This document shows positions 35,725 through 44,321 of a stretch of DNA of 61,559 nucleotides, in pieces. This DNA comes from Candidatus Micrarchaeota archaeon. GTDB lineage: Archaea > Micrarchaeota > Micrarchaeia > Norongarragalinales > Norongarragalinaceae. The notes beneath the pieces are model-generated. The model saw only the letters and a program-made list of their open reading frames with translations. It did not search any database and had not been told where the DNA came from. Made by a program: the position numbers and the translations under genes. Location: positions 1-61,559 of the forward strand of contig JBDRBT010000013.1 in assembly GCA_043822385.1 (NCBI GenBank). The letters run 5' to 3'. How positions within the stretch are numbered: the first letter of the stretch is position 1; each line of letters starts with the position of its first letter.

Positions 35725-37155
35725 TTACCTCACTATATTTTTAAGAACCGGGTATAACTCAAATAATTGTTGTTGAGCTAAGTCTTCATAAAACCTGTAA
35801 ACTATTCCTACTGTAAGTAGTATTCCTGTTCCAGTTCCTAACGCCCCAGTTACGTCCGCGAACCAAGCTAGTATTCCCACGAAAATACTCCCTAAAATAG
35901 TTATTATTGGAATGTATTTCTCCAGGATTTTCTCTGTTATTCGCGGGTCTGGCCTGAATCCAGGTATTTGCAATCCGCTTTGTTCTAATTGCTTTGCCAC
36001 GTCGCGCGAGCCCATACCCGTGCTCTCAATCCAGAAGTAACCGAATATTACGCAGAGTATTACCAACGCAATGCCGTAAGTAAACATGTGCGTTATTTCG
36101 CGAGGCGTGAGTATTATGCGCAAGTAGTTTTCATAGCCTCCTACTAACAACGGGGAAGGCAAGGCTGTAACAAAGTAAGCTAAACCGTCTATTGGCTGGT
36201 TGTTTTGGTACGTTCCTAAAACCCCTATTCCTGCTCCTGACAAGAATAATCCGAATAATTGAATGTTAAGCAGTAACGCTGATGCTAAGATTACAGGAAT
36301 ATTTGATACGTACAAGAATTTTATTGGGTACCTAGCGCCTAAACCCCTGGCTTTACCGTAAGCTAGTGGTAGTTCTATTTTCATTCCTTCAACGTATACC
36401 ACCACCAAGAATACGGCTATAGTGAATAGTATTGGCACTAAGTTCCAGAACGCGGTTACTACGTCTCCGCTTGCTATTAATGTTATTGCGCCAGGAATTA
36501 AGCCTGAAGGCATTCCTGTTGGCGTAAGCACTAGAGAGAAGGCTCCCACGAATATTGCTTGAGATACTCCTGCTGCAATGAATAAACTGATTCCTGAACC
36601 TATTCCGTAGCGTTGTACTACTTCATCCAAGTAAATTAAGATTATTGAGCCTCCTGCTAGTTGCAGTGCTACTATTAATTGAGTTATGAAAACGCTCCCG
36701 AACAATGGAGGCAAGCCTGAGCTGCCAGCTCCTGCTGCAGTAATGTAATTAGAGAAAACGTAAATGAATGCTTCGCCAAAACTCAGTAGTATAGCGAGAG
36801 TTTTTTGCAGTCCTTGAAAAATGATTTTGTCTTCCTGTTTGCTGAAGTCTAGGCTGATTAAGCCGCTTCCTTTAGCTAGTTGCAGGAAAATGCTTGCTAA
36901 CACGATTGGACCTATTCCTGCAGTAATCAAACTACCTGTTTTAGATCCAAGTAAAATATCGAGTCTCTGGAATACTTGCACTCTGTCGCTATCTAGCCCT
37001 ATTGGAAAGATTTGCCCTAAAACAAAGAATATACCTAGAATTAATGCGGTCCATAACAACTTGTCTTTTAGTGAAGGAGGGTAATCTGGTTTTTTTACTT
37101 CCGGCAGTAACCCCATTATTGGTTGCAGGCTTCTTAATGCGTCCGTGAAACTCAT
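35725..37155 (-). CDS. secY: preprotein translocase SecY
   Basis: 476 aa with 10 TM helices. 'GSLITAGIGPIVLASIFLQL' and 'GIGSGISLFIAAGV'. Confidence 0.95.
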   Translation of the reverse strand: MSFTDALRSLQPIMGLLPEVKKPDYPPSLKDKLLWTALILGIFFVLGQIFPIGLDSDRVQVFQRLDILLGSKTGSLITAGIGPIVLASIFLQLAKGSGLISLDFSKQEDKIIFQGLQKTLAILLSFGEAFIYVFSNYITAAGAGSSGLPPLFGSVFITQLIVALQLAGGSIILIYLDEVVQRYGIGSGISLFIAAGVSQAIFVGAFSLVLTPTGMPSGLIPGAITLIASGDVVTAFWNLVPILFTIAVFLVVVYVEGMKIELPLAYGKARGLGARYPIKFLYVSNIPVILASALLLNIQLFGLFLSGAGIGVLGTYQNNQPIDGLAYFVTALPSPLLVGGYENYLRIILTPREITHMFTYGIALVILCVIFGYFWIESTGMGSRDVAKQLEQSGLQIPGFRPDPRITEKILEKYIPIITILGSIFVGILAWFADVTGALGTGTGILLTVGIVYRFYEDLAQQQLFELYPVLKNIVR

Positions 37156-37219
37156 TTTAGTGCTACAGCTCTTCTTTTTGAAAAGAAATTATTGAGTTGT
37201 TTAATAAAAACAATCGCTT

Positions 37220-37654
37220 TCAGCTTGTTTGTTCAGTTGTAATTCCGAGTGCGTTTAGTTTTTCAATTGTTTTTTTAGTAAAACTAGTTGCTTTGATTAC
37301 TTTTAATTTGTGTTTTAGAGTGCCGTTTGATAGTACCTTGGTTTTCTTCAGGGTTAACTCGTTGTTTTCTGGTTTTAATACTCCTTTTTCAAGCAAGCAA
37401 TCGAGTTGTTTCAAGCTTATTTCCTTCAAGTTTTTAGCGTTAGGGTTGTTGAAACCACTTAATCCTTTGTTTTTCTTGTTAGTTCCAACTGTTTTGATTG
37501 TGCGCAGCCAGTGGTGTTTTCTTGCTCCAGCATTTCCTACTCCGCCCTTGTTTCCTTTACCTCTTCGGTTTTTAGTGTTTCCACCGCCGAAAGTGCGGTT
37601 GGCGTAGTGTTTTCTTTTCCTGGTTTTTATTCGTTTAGCCATTTTCGCAATCAC
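37220..37654 (-). CDS. rpl15: ribosomal protein uL15
   Basis: 144 aa. 'GGGNTKNRRGKGNKGGVGNAGARKHHW'. Confidence 0.9.
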   Translation of the reverse strand: MIAKMAKRIKTRKRKHYANRTFGGGNTKNRRGKGNKGGVGNAGARKHHWLRTIKTVGTNKKNKGLSGFNNPNAKNLKEISLKQLDCLLEKGVLKPENNELTLKKTKVLSNGTLKHKLKVIKATSFTKKTIEKLNALGITTEQTS

Positions 37655-37983
37655 AACATTCTGTTTATTAATTCGTTTATTTTTTCTTTCCTGTTTCCTA
37701 ACGCTCCCTTAGGGTATTGTTTTTTTATTGAGCCTTTAAACCCGTTTTTAGGCGGTTTTAGCCTGAATGGTGGCTTGCCTAAAGCCTCGAGTTTCTTTTT
37801 AGTTTCTTCGTTAATTTCCCCCCAAGTAACGTAATCTTTTATTCTCTGGAGAGTTCCCTTTAAGTTTTCACTTTCTTTTACTAGGACGCAGTGATTTTTT
37901 CTTGTTAAGCAGAGTTGCGTTAACGCGTCTTTCGTTTTGTAGTTTACGCCTATTATTCCTCTTACTCTGATTATTGCGCGCAT
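37651..37983 (-). CDS. rpl30: ribosomal protein uL30
   Basis: 110 aa. 'MRAIIRVRGIIGVNYKTKDALTQLCLTRKNHCVLV'. Confidence 0.8.
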   Translation of the reverse strand: MRAIIRVRGIIGVNYKTKDALTQLCLTRKNHCVLVKESENLKGTLQRIKDYVTWGEINEETKKKLEALGKPPFRLKPPKNGFKGSIKKQYPKGALGNRKEKINELINRML

Positions 37984-37985
37984 TT

Positions 37986-38612
37986 TTACTTAGCACCCTT
38001 GAATTCGTTTAACGAGTTTAAAGCATGAATTGTTGCTAGAACCATGTTCAAGACGTTTCTAGTTCTTCCTTTAGTGAAAGTCCAAGCATCTTGTATTCCT
38101 GCTAGCGTTAGTACTTTTCTTGATACTTCCCCCGCTACCAAGCCTACTCCACGTGGAGCTGGCTTTATCATTATTTGAGTTGAACCGCTTTTTCCAAAAG
38201 CATTTCCTACTATTGAATTTGTTAAGTCTCCACTATCTTCCCATGAACCGCTTCCTAGTTTTACTCTAATTAAGTTTAATTTAGCTTTTTTTTGCGCAAC
38301 TCTTATTGCTCCCCTAGTTTCAGCTGCTTTTCCAACGCCTACTCCCACGAAACCGTTTTTGTTGCCTATAACTACTACCGCCCTCATTTTTTGTTTTCTT
38401 CCGTAAGCAGTCATTCTTTGCGTGCTCTTTATTTCTATTACTTCCTCGCTTATTTCAGGAAGCAAGTAGTCTATTATTTCTGATTCAAGAATTTTTTTCT
38501 TAGAATCGAATACTTGGTTTAAGTCGGTTATTTCTCCCGCTAAAACCTTTTTTCCTAACTCGGTTTTTGGAATCCATTCGATTTTTTTTGCTTCCCTTTC
38601 GTATTCTCTCAT
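37986..38612 (-). CDS. rps5: ribosomal protein uS5
   Basis: 208 aa. 'RMTAYGRKQKMRAVVVIGNKNGFVGVGVGKAAE...APRGVGLVAG'. Confidence 0.9.
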   Translation of the reverse strand: MREYEREAKKIEWIPKTELGKKVLAGEITDLNQVFDSKKKILESEIIDYLLPEISEEVIEIKSTQRMTAYGRKQKMRAVVVIGNKNGFVGVGVGKAAETRGAIRVAQKKAKLNLIRVKLGSGSWEDSGDLTNSIVGNAFGKSGSTQIMIKPAPRGVGLVAGEVSRKVLTLAGIQDAWTFTKGRTRNVLNMVLATIHALNSLNEFKGAK

Positions 38613-38616
38613 TTAA

Positions 38617-39117
38617 TCACTTTAATTGTTGTATTATTTTGCTTTTAGCTTCAGCAACACTTGTTTCTTGCTTTAAGTGTTTTCCAGTTAATCTGTCTTC
38701 GCTAGGTAGTATTTCTTGCGAGTAATTGCTTTTCAATCCCGCATCTACCGCGCCTTTTTGTGCTGCAAATATTACGCTTCCTTTAATTACTGGGTAAAGC
38801 CCTAAGTCTAATACTAATTCTTTTACGCCTTTGCTTAATGCTTTTTTTCCAGCAAGAAAACCAGTTAAGTAAGCTGAAGGAGTGTTGCTTTTTCCTTTGA
38901 ATCCGTACTTGTTTAATTCTTTTGAACTAGTTGAAGTAATAGTTTTATCGCCTTTTTCATCAAAAACTACGATTTGCGCTATTATGTACGCGTTTGTTTT
39001 TCTCACTACTAGTCTTGGTTTTTCGCTTTTTAGCAAGGCGAGTCTCTTTGCGTAATTAGTTTTTTCTTTTCTGCGCCTTTTGAAGTGAACTGTGTATGTT
39101 GGTCCTGTTGCTTTCAT
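38617..39117 (-). CDS. rpl18: ribosomal protein uL18
   Basis: 166 aa. 'KRRRKEKTNYAKRLALLKSEKPRLVVRKTNAYIIAQIV'. Confidence 0.9.
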   Translation of the reverse strand: MKATGPTYTVHFKRRRKEKTNYAKRLALLKSEKPRLVVRKTNAYIIAQIVVFDEKGDKTITSTSSKELNKYGFKGKSNTPSAYLTGFLAGKKALSKGVKELVLDLGLYPVIKGSVIFAAQKGAVDAGLKSNYSQEILPSEDRLTGKHLKQETSVAEAKSKIIQQLK

Positions 39118-39124
39118 TTTAAAA

Positions 39125-39559
39125 TCACTTTAATAATTTTTTTTCATTCAAGTAACTCAACAATTGTTTTTTGTTGTCGAATGATCCTCCTTTAATTCTG
39201 GAGTATATTTTTCTCTTAGCTCCGTCTACTAGCGAGCTTGAAATACTTTCAAGAAGTTTCCTTTGGCTTCTTACTCTTGAAATCCACCTTTTTTTTCTTG
39301 ATATAATCGCATATTTTTTTCCGAACTTGCTTCCTGGGCCTATTCTTCTCCCAAGTTTTTTTCGGGCTTGTTTTATTTTAGCTTTTCCTCGGCCTACGCC
39401 TTTTTTTTGTGTTGCTTTTATTGCGCCTTCTTTAATGAGTGCTTTCACGTCTTCAGTGGTTAGTGCTTCAGCTGCTTTTTTCGCATCAAGTATTTTAATG
39501 TGACTTTCGCCTATTTTCAGTACTTTTGAAGCAAGCCGTCTTATTGTTTTTAAACTCAT
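39125..39559 (-). CDS. rpl19e: ribosomal protein eL19 (L19e)
   Basis: 144 aa. 'LKTIRRLASKVLKIGESHIKILD...GVGRGKAKIKQARKKLGRRIGPGS'. Confidence 0.9.
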   Translation of the reverse strand: MSLKTIRRLASKVLKIGESHIKILDAKKAAEALTTEDVKALIKEGAIKATQKKGVGRGKAKIKQARKKLGRRIGPGSKFGKKYAIISRKKRWISRVRSQRKLLESISSSLVDGAKRKIYSRIKGGSFDNKKQLLSYLNEKKLLK

Positions 39560-40077
39560 TTAACATCACGGTTAGTTTTAACTGGTTTTTCTTTTTTAGG
39601 TTCTTCCTTTGTTTCTACTGGTTTTTTTTCCTCAATTTTTTCTGCTTTAATCTCTTTTTTTACTTCTTCTTTCTTGATTTCTTTCTTTACTTCTTTTGAC
39701 TTGAATTTTTTTGTTTTTGGATTCAGTACTTTCAAACCAAGTTTTTTCGCTTCTTGAATAATTTCTATTTTCTTTTTGTTTCCAACGCCGCCAGCTATTC
39801 TTATCAAGAGTTTACCTGCGTTTTTCAATTGGCTTGCGTTGTGTACTAGTACTTCCTTCAAGCCGATTGGATGCAAGTGTTTTTCGCTTGTTTTAGTGCC
39901 GTAACCTATTTTTGGTAAAGCGCCTTGTCCGCTTGCAGAAATTCTTTGTTTGTTGTCAATTCCTCTGGGTTTTCTCCAGCCTGTTTGTCTTACTCGCTTT
40001 ATCAAGTCCCAGTTTTGGCGCTTGAATTTAGGCACTCTCTTTATTTTAGCGTACTTGTTTTCAGTCATTTTTCTCAC
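39556..40077 (-). CDS. rpl32e: ribosomal protein eL32 (L32e) with Lys/Glu-rich C-terminal tail
   Basis: 173 aa. 'FKRQNWDLIKRVRQTGWRKPRGIDNKQR', plus a tail of about 47 aa, 'SKEVKKEIKKEEVKKEIKAEKIEEKKPVETKEEPKKEKPVKTNRDVK'. Confidence 0.85.
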   Translation of the reverse strand: MRKMTENKYAKIKRVPKFKRQNWDLIKRVRQTGWRKPRGIDNKQRISASGQGALPKIGYGTKTSEKHLHPIGLKEVLVHNASQLKNAGKLLIRIAGGVGNKKKIEIIQEAKKLGLKVLNPKTKKFKSKEVKKEIKKEEVKKEIKAEKIEEKKPVETKEEPKKEKPVKTNRDVK

Positions 40078-40598
40078 TCGTAATAAATTCCATCTTGGAA
40101 TACTCGGTTGTCTTTAGCGCGTATTTTAGTTACTTTAACTAAGTTTGAAGCGGTTTGAGTTACGTCTTCTTTGTTTATTCCACTAACTAGTATTTCTTGT
40201 CCTTTTACTTCCACTTTCGCTTCCCCGCGTATTTTTGCTTTCCTCGGGGTTTTTTCTCCTAGAAAGTTTTTTACTAGTATTTCTTTTCCTTTTAATTCAA
40301 TAGTAACTGGAAAGTGAGCGTAAACTAAAGCTAGTTTTTTTTCGTATCCTTCGCTTACTCCTTTAATCGCATTTTTAATGTGTGCTTTGATTGTGTTAAC
40401 CATTGCCTTGATTTTTTTAGTTTCTTTTGTTTTGTTTGTTACTTCAATGGTTTTTTCATCTGTTTTTACTTCCAAGTGTTTTGAATTGAATTTTTGTTCT
40501 ACTATCCCCATAGCTCCGCTTACAATGATCTTGCCTTCATCTATTTTGATTGTAATGCCTTGAGGAATATCCATTTTTAACCTTTTTTTAGTAAACAA
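40074..40598 (-). CDS. rpl6: ribosomal protein uL6
   Basis: 174 aa with two-repeat uL6 architecture. 'LALVYAHFPVTIELKGKEILVKNFLGEKTPRKA'. Confidence 0.9.
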   Translation of the reverse strand: MFTKKRLKMDIPQGITIKIDEGKIIVSGAMGIVEQKFNSKHLEVKTDEKTIEVTNKTKETKKIKAMVNTIKAHIKNAIKGVSEGYEKKLALVYAHFPVTIELKGKEILVKNFLGEKTPRKAKIRGEAKVEVKGQEILVSGINKEDVTQTASNLVKVTKIRAKDNRVFQDGIYYE

Positions 40599-40974
40599 AA
40601 CAAATTAATTTTCCGCCTGTTTCTTTTTCTTTCGCTTGCTTGTGGCTCAGTAATCCTTTTGGAGTAGCTACTATTAGCAACCCAATTTCTCTTGCGGGTA
40701 GAAATCGGGTTTCGTATTTTTCCCATTCGTTTTTCCTTACTGGAAACCTTGGTTTTATTGGCCCGCAGCTATTTATTCTTCCCAGCAAAGAAACTTTGTA
40801 TTCTCCGCTTATTGTATTGCTTTCTTTTTCGTATGATTCAATGAAATTGTTTTCTTTCATTATTTCTAGTATTCCTGCGAGTAGTTTTGAAGCTTGTTTT
40901 AGTACAACTTCTTTTTTTCCTTTCTTGTCAGCTAGTTTTAGAACATTTAATGAATTTGCTATTGTATCTACCAT
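40588..40974 (-). CDS. rps8: ribosomal protein uS8
   Basis: 128 aa. 'DTIANSLNVLKLADKKGKKEV...GLLIVATPKGLLSHKQAKEKETGGKLICFVY'. Confidence 0.9.
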   Translation of the reverse strand: MVDTIANSLNVLKLADKKGKKEVVLKQASKLLAGILEIMKENNFIESYEKESNTISGEYKVSLLGRINSCGPIKPRFPVRKNEWEKYETRFLPAREIGLLIVATPKGLLSHKQAKEKETGGKLICFVY

Positions 40975-40982
40975 AAAAACAC

Positions 40983-41135
40983 CTAATACTTAACAAAGCC
41001 GATTTCCGTGGCTTTTTCTCTGAAGCATTTCCTACAGATTTGCAGCGAATATTTTCTTATTAATCCCTTTGACGCACCGCACAATTTGCACTTTCTATTG
41101 AATCTTTTCTTGAATTTTGATTCCATTTTCTGCAT
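40983..41135 (-). CDS. rps14: ribosomal protein uS14 (zinc-binding short form)
   Basis: Hand-translated 50 aa: '[50 protein letters not shown]'. It fills the expected slot between uL5 and uS8 and is below the 60-aa cutoff of the ORF track. Confidence 0.85.
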   Translation of the reverse strand: MQKMESKFKKRFNRKCKLCGASKGLIRKYSLQICRKCFREKATEIGFVKY

Positions 41136-41633
41136 TTAAACTAGTTCAACTCCAAATTCTTGTTTCATGAATTCTTGAGCTTCTTTTTTTGATACTCTTT
41201 GTTTTTTAGGAATTTTACGCGAAGCAATTCTTCTGCGCAATACTCTTATTCCTGGTTTTTTAAGCGTGATTATTACATCGAAACCAATCATTCCAATGTT
41301 GGGGTCGTATTTTATTCCAGGGTAATCAATGTATTCTTTTACTCCAAAGCCGCAAGTGCCGTAGTCGTCAAAACTGCGTGAATTCATTTTGTTTTCAATT
41401 ACTTTCAAACCTTTTTGTACCACTTCTTTAGCTATTTTTCCTCTTAGAGTGGTTTTTACTCCAATTGGGTCTCCGCGTCTTAGTTTGAAAGTAGGTATTC
41501 TATTGCGTGCTTTAGTTGTAACCGCTTTAGTGCTAGTTATTTTTTCCAGGAGGTTCCTGGCGTTTTCTAGTGCTTGGCCGCCTTCGCCTACTCCAATATT
41601 GAGTGTTACTTTATCTATTGAAACTTTATTCAC
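41136..41633 (-). CDS. rpl5: ribosomal protein uL5
   Basis: 165 aa. 'KVTLNIGVGEGGQALENA...FKLRRGDPIGVKTTLRG...GFGVKEYIDYPGIKYDPNIG'. Confidence 0.9.
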   Translation of the reverse strand: MNKVSIDKVTLNIGVGEGGQALENARNLLEKITSTKAVTTKARNRIPTFKLRRGDPIGVKTTLRGKIAKEVVQKGLKVIENKMNSRSFDDYGTCGFGVKEYIDYPGIKYDPNIGMIGFDVIITLKKPGIRVLRRRIASRKIPKKQRVSKKEAQEFMKQEFGVELV

Positions 41634-41635
41634 TT

Positions 41636-42349
41636 TTATTCACTCTTGAATTTTTCATCTATTGCAAATAAGTAGCTTTTTAACGTAATTTGCTCGCCTT
41701 CGCTGGTTTTTACTTTAACGTTGTCTTCTGTGCCGCCTTTTCTTTCAAGCACTTCTTCAAGTTTTCCCATTGTGCCACTGTTTTTTCCTTTGTAAATAAG
41801 GCACAAAACACCTTTGCTTAGTTTTATTGTGGTTTTTAATTCTTGTTTCGGAATGCTTAATACGAGCGTGTCTCCTACTTTAAAATTGTCTTCTTCTTTT
41901 TCAATTAAGTAATTTCTAGAATCGTGCAAGTTTAACTGGATTTTTCCTTTTTTCGTGGTGGTTTTGCCGATTATTTTGCAATACTTTGTTTTTGTTTCTT
42001 CTGGTTTAATTTCAATTAAGGCTATTGCGCCTTTTTTGGTTGATACGCGGTAGTGTTTCCCTAGTTTTGGTAGTGAAACTACATCCATTAATCCTACTGG
42101 TGTTTTAGCGTTTTTTACTGGGATTCCGTCAATTAAAACGTTTGAATCGTGAAGTATTTTTTTTGCTTGCTTGGAGTTTTCTACTAACTTTAGTTTTTCA
42201 GTTAATAGTTCTGACAACGTTATTGCTTCTTTTGCAGCGTGTTTTCCAGGAATGGTTCGCTTCAGCCACTTAGCTCCTTTTCTAGGCAAGCCGCGGAAAA
42301 CCGTGCTCGCTATTCTTTTTAAGTGTTTTACCATTCCTTTTCTAGCCAT
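41636..42349 (-). CDS. rps4e: ribosomal protein eS4 (S4e)
   Basis: 237 aa. 'MARKGMVKHLKRIASTVFRGLPRKGAKWLKRTIPGKH' and a KOW region. Confidence 0.9.
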   Translation of the reverse strand: MARKGMVKHLKRIASTVFRGLPRKGAKWLKRTIPGKHAAKEAITLSELLTEKLKLVENSKQAKKILHDSNVLIDGIPVKNAKTPVGLMDVVSLPKLGKHYRVSTKKGAIALIEIKPEETKTKYCKIIGKTTTKKGKIQLNLHDSRNYLIEKEEDNFKVGDTLVLSIPKQELKTTIKLSKGVLCLIYKGKNSGTMGKLEEVLERKGGTEDNVKVKTSEGEQITLKSYLFAIDEKFKSE

Positions 42350-42699
42350 TATTTACTACCTTTTTCTCTTGAACTTAATTCAATTAGCATTAATTTTGAG
42401 GGGTGGAAACTGATTAATTGTTCTTTACCTCTAGACGTCTTGATCGACAAGCCTTCCAAGAATACTTTAGTTTTCTTGACGTCTACGCGAGCAATTTTAG
42501 CTTCTTTTTTCTTTTGGTTTCCGCGCATTACTCTTACTTTATCGCCTTTTTTTGCGCGCATGCTTCTCTTCTTTTTAGCTTCCTTTAATTGCTTGCTTAA
42601 GTGAATGGTTAACAATTTTTGTTTTTTGTGCAGTGGCAAGTTGTAAAGGGCTTTCCTTTTTTTTCTTGGTTGTTTTGTTTCCTTGTCTTCAAACTTCAT
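42349..42699 (-). CDS. rpl24: ribosomal protein uL24
   Basis: 116 aa. 'QPRKKRKALYNLPLHKKQKLL...AKKGDKVRVMRGNQKKKEAKIARVD'. Confidence 0.9.
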   Translation of the reverse strand: MKFEDKETKQPRKKRKALYNLPLHKKQKLLTIHLSKQLKEAKKKRSMRAKKGDKVRVMRGNQKKKEAKIARVDVKKTKVFLEGLSIKTSRGKEQLISFHPSKLMLIELSSREKGSK

Positions 42700-42702
42700 T
42701 TT

Positions 42703-43098
42703 TTACACCACTAGCGAAGCTATAGCAATGACTTTAGGGTAGCGTTCTGCAATTTCTCTTGCTACGGCTCCTTTTATTTCAGTTGCTTTAGGAAGCTTAT
42801 TATCATCAATTAAAACACACGCGTTGTCTTCAAAGCAAACGCGTTGTTTTCCGCGTCTGAATGTTCTTTTTTGTCTTATTATTAGCGCGCGTTCTTTTTT
42901 CTTAACCATTTCTGGTTTTCCTTTCTTTACTGATACTCGGACTACATCTCCTATTCCTGCGCTAGGGTTTCGTCTTAAAGCGGCTTTTGCGCCTATGACG
43001 TTTATTACTTCAACGATTTTTGCTCCGCTATTGTCGCTGCAAGTTAATTTAGTGCCTATAGTTATTCCTTTAGTAATTTTTGCAGTTAATCCGAGCAT
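42703..43098 (-). CDS. rpl14: ribosomal protein uL14
   Basis: 131 aa. 'GTKLTCSDNSGAKIVEVINVIG...GDVVRVSVKKGKPEMVKKKERALIIRQK'. Confidence 0.95.
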   Translation of the reverse strand: MLGLTAKITKGITIGTKLTCSDNSGAKIVEVINVIGAKAALRRNPSAGIGDVVRVSVKKGKPEMVKKKERALIIRQKRTFRRGKQRVCFEDNACVLIDDNKLPKATEIKGAVAREIAERYPKVIAIASLVV

Positions 43099-43102
43099 AT
43101 AA

Positions 43103-43363
43103 TCACTTGTTTATTATTTTCGTAACTATGTGAGATTTAGTTTTGCTTATTTTTCTAGTTTCGTTTATTTCCACTAAGTCGCCTTGTTTTACTTGCATTC
43201 CTTCTGGAATGTGAGCATGAATTTTAGAGCGTCTTTTTTCAAGTCGTTCGTATTTTGGGTTTTTGTATTCGTAGTCGATTCTTACTGTAGCGGTTTTCTT
43301 TGCTTTAGTGCTAGTTACTATTCCAGTTCTTACTGCGCCCCTAGTTGCTTTTTTTAGTTCCAC
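43103..43363 (-). CDS. rps17: ribosomal protein uS17
   Basis: 86 aa. 'GIVTSTKAKKTATVRIDYEYKNPKYERLEKRRSKIHAHIPEGMQVKQGDLVEINETRKISKTK'. Confidence 0.85.
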   Translation of the reverse strand: MELKKATRGAVRTGIVTSTKAKKTATVRIDYEYKNPKYERLEKRRSKIHAHIPEGMQVKQGDLVEINETRKISKTKSHIVTKIINK

Positions 43364-43367
43364 TTTT

Positions 43368-43664
43368 TCATCCCATTTTTTTCAATAATTTTTTTGTTCT
43401 GTCTTCCGGTCTCATTATTAATAGAGTTCCTTTGACTTTCACACCGTGTTTTGGAAATAAAAAAACGCTTCCTTTTTTTGGAACGAGCTTTCTTCCTTTA
43501 CTCGTTTCAATCAAGAATGCGTTAGTAGTTTCGTCTAACACGATTCCTTTCAAACCTTGCAAGCCTTTGCTTGAACTATGCTCTATGCAGAGTTTTTCTC
43601 CAATGAATTCCCCCAAAACGAAGGAATTCAAATCAAGCTTTTGGCCAGTTGAAGTTTTGAACAT
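43368..43664 (-). CDS. rnp1: RNase P protein component 1 (Rpp29/Pop4)
   Basis: 98 aa. 'LQGLKGIVLDETTNAFLIETSKGRKLVPKKGSVFLF', in the conserved slot upstream of uS17. Confidence 0.75.
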   Translation of the reverse strand: MFKTSTGQKLDLNSFVLGEFIGEKLCIEHSSSKGLQGLKGIVLDETTNAFLIETSKGRKLVPKKGSVFLFPKHGVKVKGTLLIMRPEDRTKKLLKKMG

Positions 43665-43719
43665 GACAATTAACGTGAAATAATTTAATGCATTACGGTC
43701 TTTAAAAACCCTTTCGTTT

Positions 43720-43737
43720 AAAAAATAAAAAAAAAAG
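43720..43737 (-). terminator. oligo-T tract (archaeal intrinsic terminator candidate) after the Zn-ribbon gene
   Basis: The minus strand reads 'CCCTTCTTTTTTTTTTATTTTTT' about 20 nt after the stop of 43757..43960. It lies in a 92-nt gap inside the otherwise tightly packed r-protein cluster. Confidence 0.4.
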
Positions 43738-43756
43738 AAGGGAAATTATTGCGTTC

Positions 43757-43960
43757 TCAGTAAGAAGAGTTTGATTCGCTTCTACTTCTTCTTTTCGTGA
43801 AGCATTCTCTGCAATATACTGGTTTTCCTTCTCTTGGTTCGAACGGAACCTCACATTCTTGTCCGCAATCGCTGCAAACTGCTTTGTGCATTTGGCGTGG
43901 CCCGGTGTTTTGGTGTGGGCGGTGTCCGTAGTGACCTCTGTCGTCGTCAAATCTCTTCAT
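43757..43960 (-). CDS. CxxC-x(about 20)-CxxC zinc-ribbon protein inserted in the r-protein cluster
   Basis: 67 aa. 'AVCSDCGQECEVPFEPREGKPVYCRECFTKRR' preceded by a His/Gly/Arg-rich N-terminus. The alternative-frame track ORF 43702..43950 is rejected. Confidence 0.6.
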   Translation of the reverse strand: MKRFDDDRGHYGHRPHQNTGPRQMHKAVCSDCGQECEVPFEPREGKPVYCRECFTKRRSRSESNSSY

Positions 43961-43988
43961 ATTCTATCTATTTCCTCCTATTTTTTCG

Positions 43989-44303
43989 CTAATTAGGGTA
44001 TTTTAATACCTTAATAGCGTCTTTTGAATAACCTAATTTTACTAAGTAATCTACTACTGAGTCTTTATGATCCCCTTGCAGTACTATTATGCTATTTTTA
44101 GCGCTTCCTCCGCAAGCGAGTTTGTGTTTAAGTTCTTTTGCTGTATTATTCAACTCGCTTCCTGAAAGTCCTTCTATAATAGTTACTAATTTTTTATACC
44201 TCTTTCTCGTAGTATAAATTTTGATGTTAGCGCTAGTTGCTTTCTCTATTGTTTGGCAAGCACAAATTTCTTTGGGCAAGCCACAAACGTTGCAGTTAGA
44301 CAC
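43989..44303 (-). CDS. translation initiation factor aIF1 (SUI1)
   Basis: 104 aa. N-terminal Zn-knuckle 'CNVCGLPKEICAC', then 'IKIYTTRKRYKKLVTIIEGL...LKHKLACGGSAKN..IVLQGDH'. Confidence 0.85.
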   Translation of the reverse strand: MSNCNVCGLPKEICACQTIEKATSANIKIYTTRKRYKKLVTIIEGLSGSELNNTAKELKHKLACGGSAKNSIIVLQGDHKDSVVDYLVKLGYSKDAIKVLKYPN

Positions 44304-44321
44304 TTTTTCTTTGAACCTCTA

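Noticed and set aside
43702-43950. 82-aa alternative-frame ORF overlapping the zinc-ribbon gene.
   Set aside because: The other frame (43757..43960) gives the conserved CxxC...CxxC 'VPF.P...KPVYC..CF' pattern, while this frame gives low-complexity sequence and runs through the oligo-T terminator.
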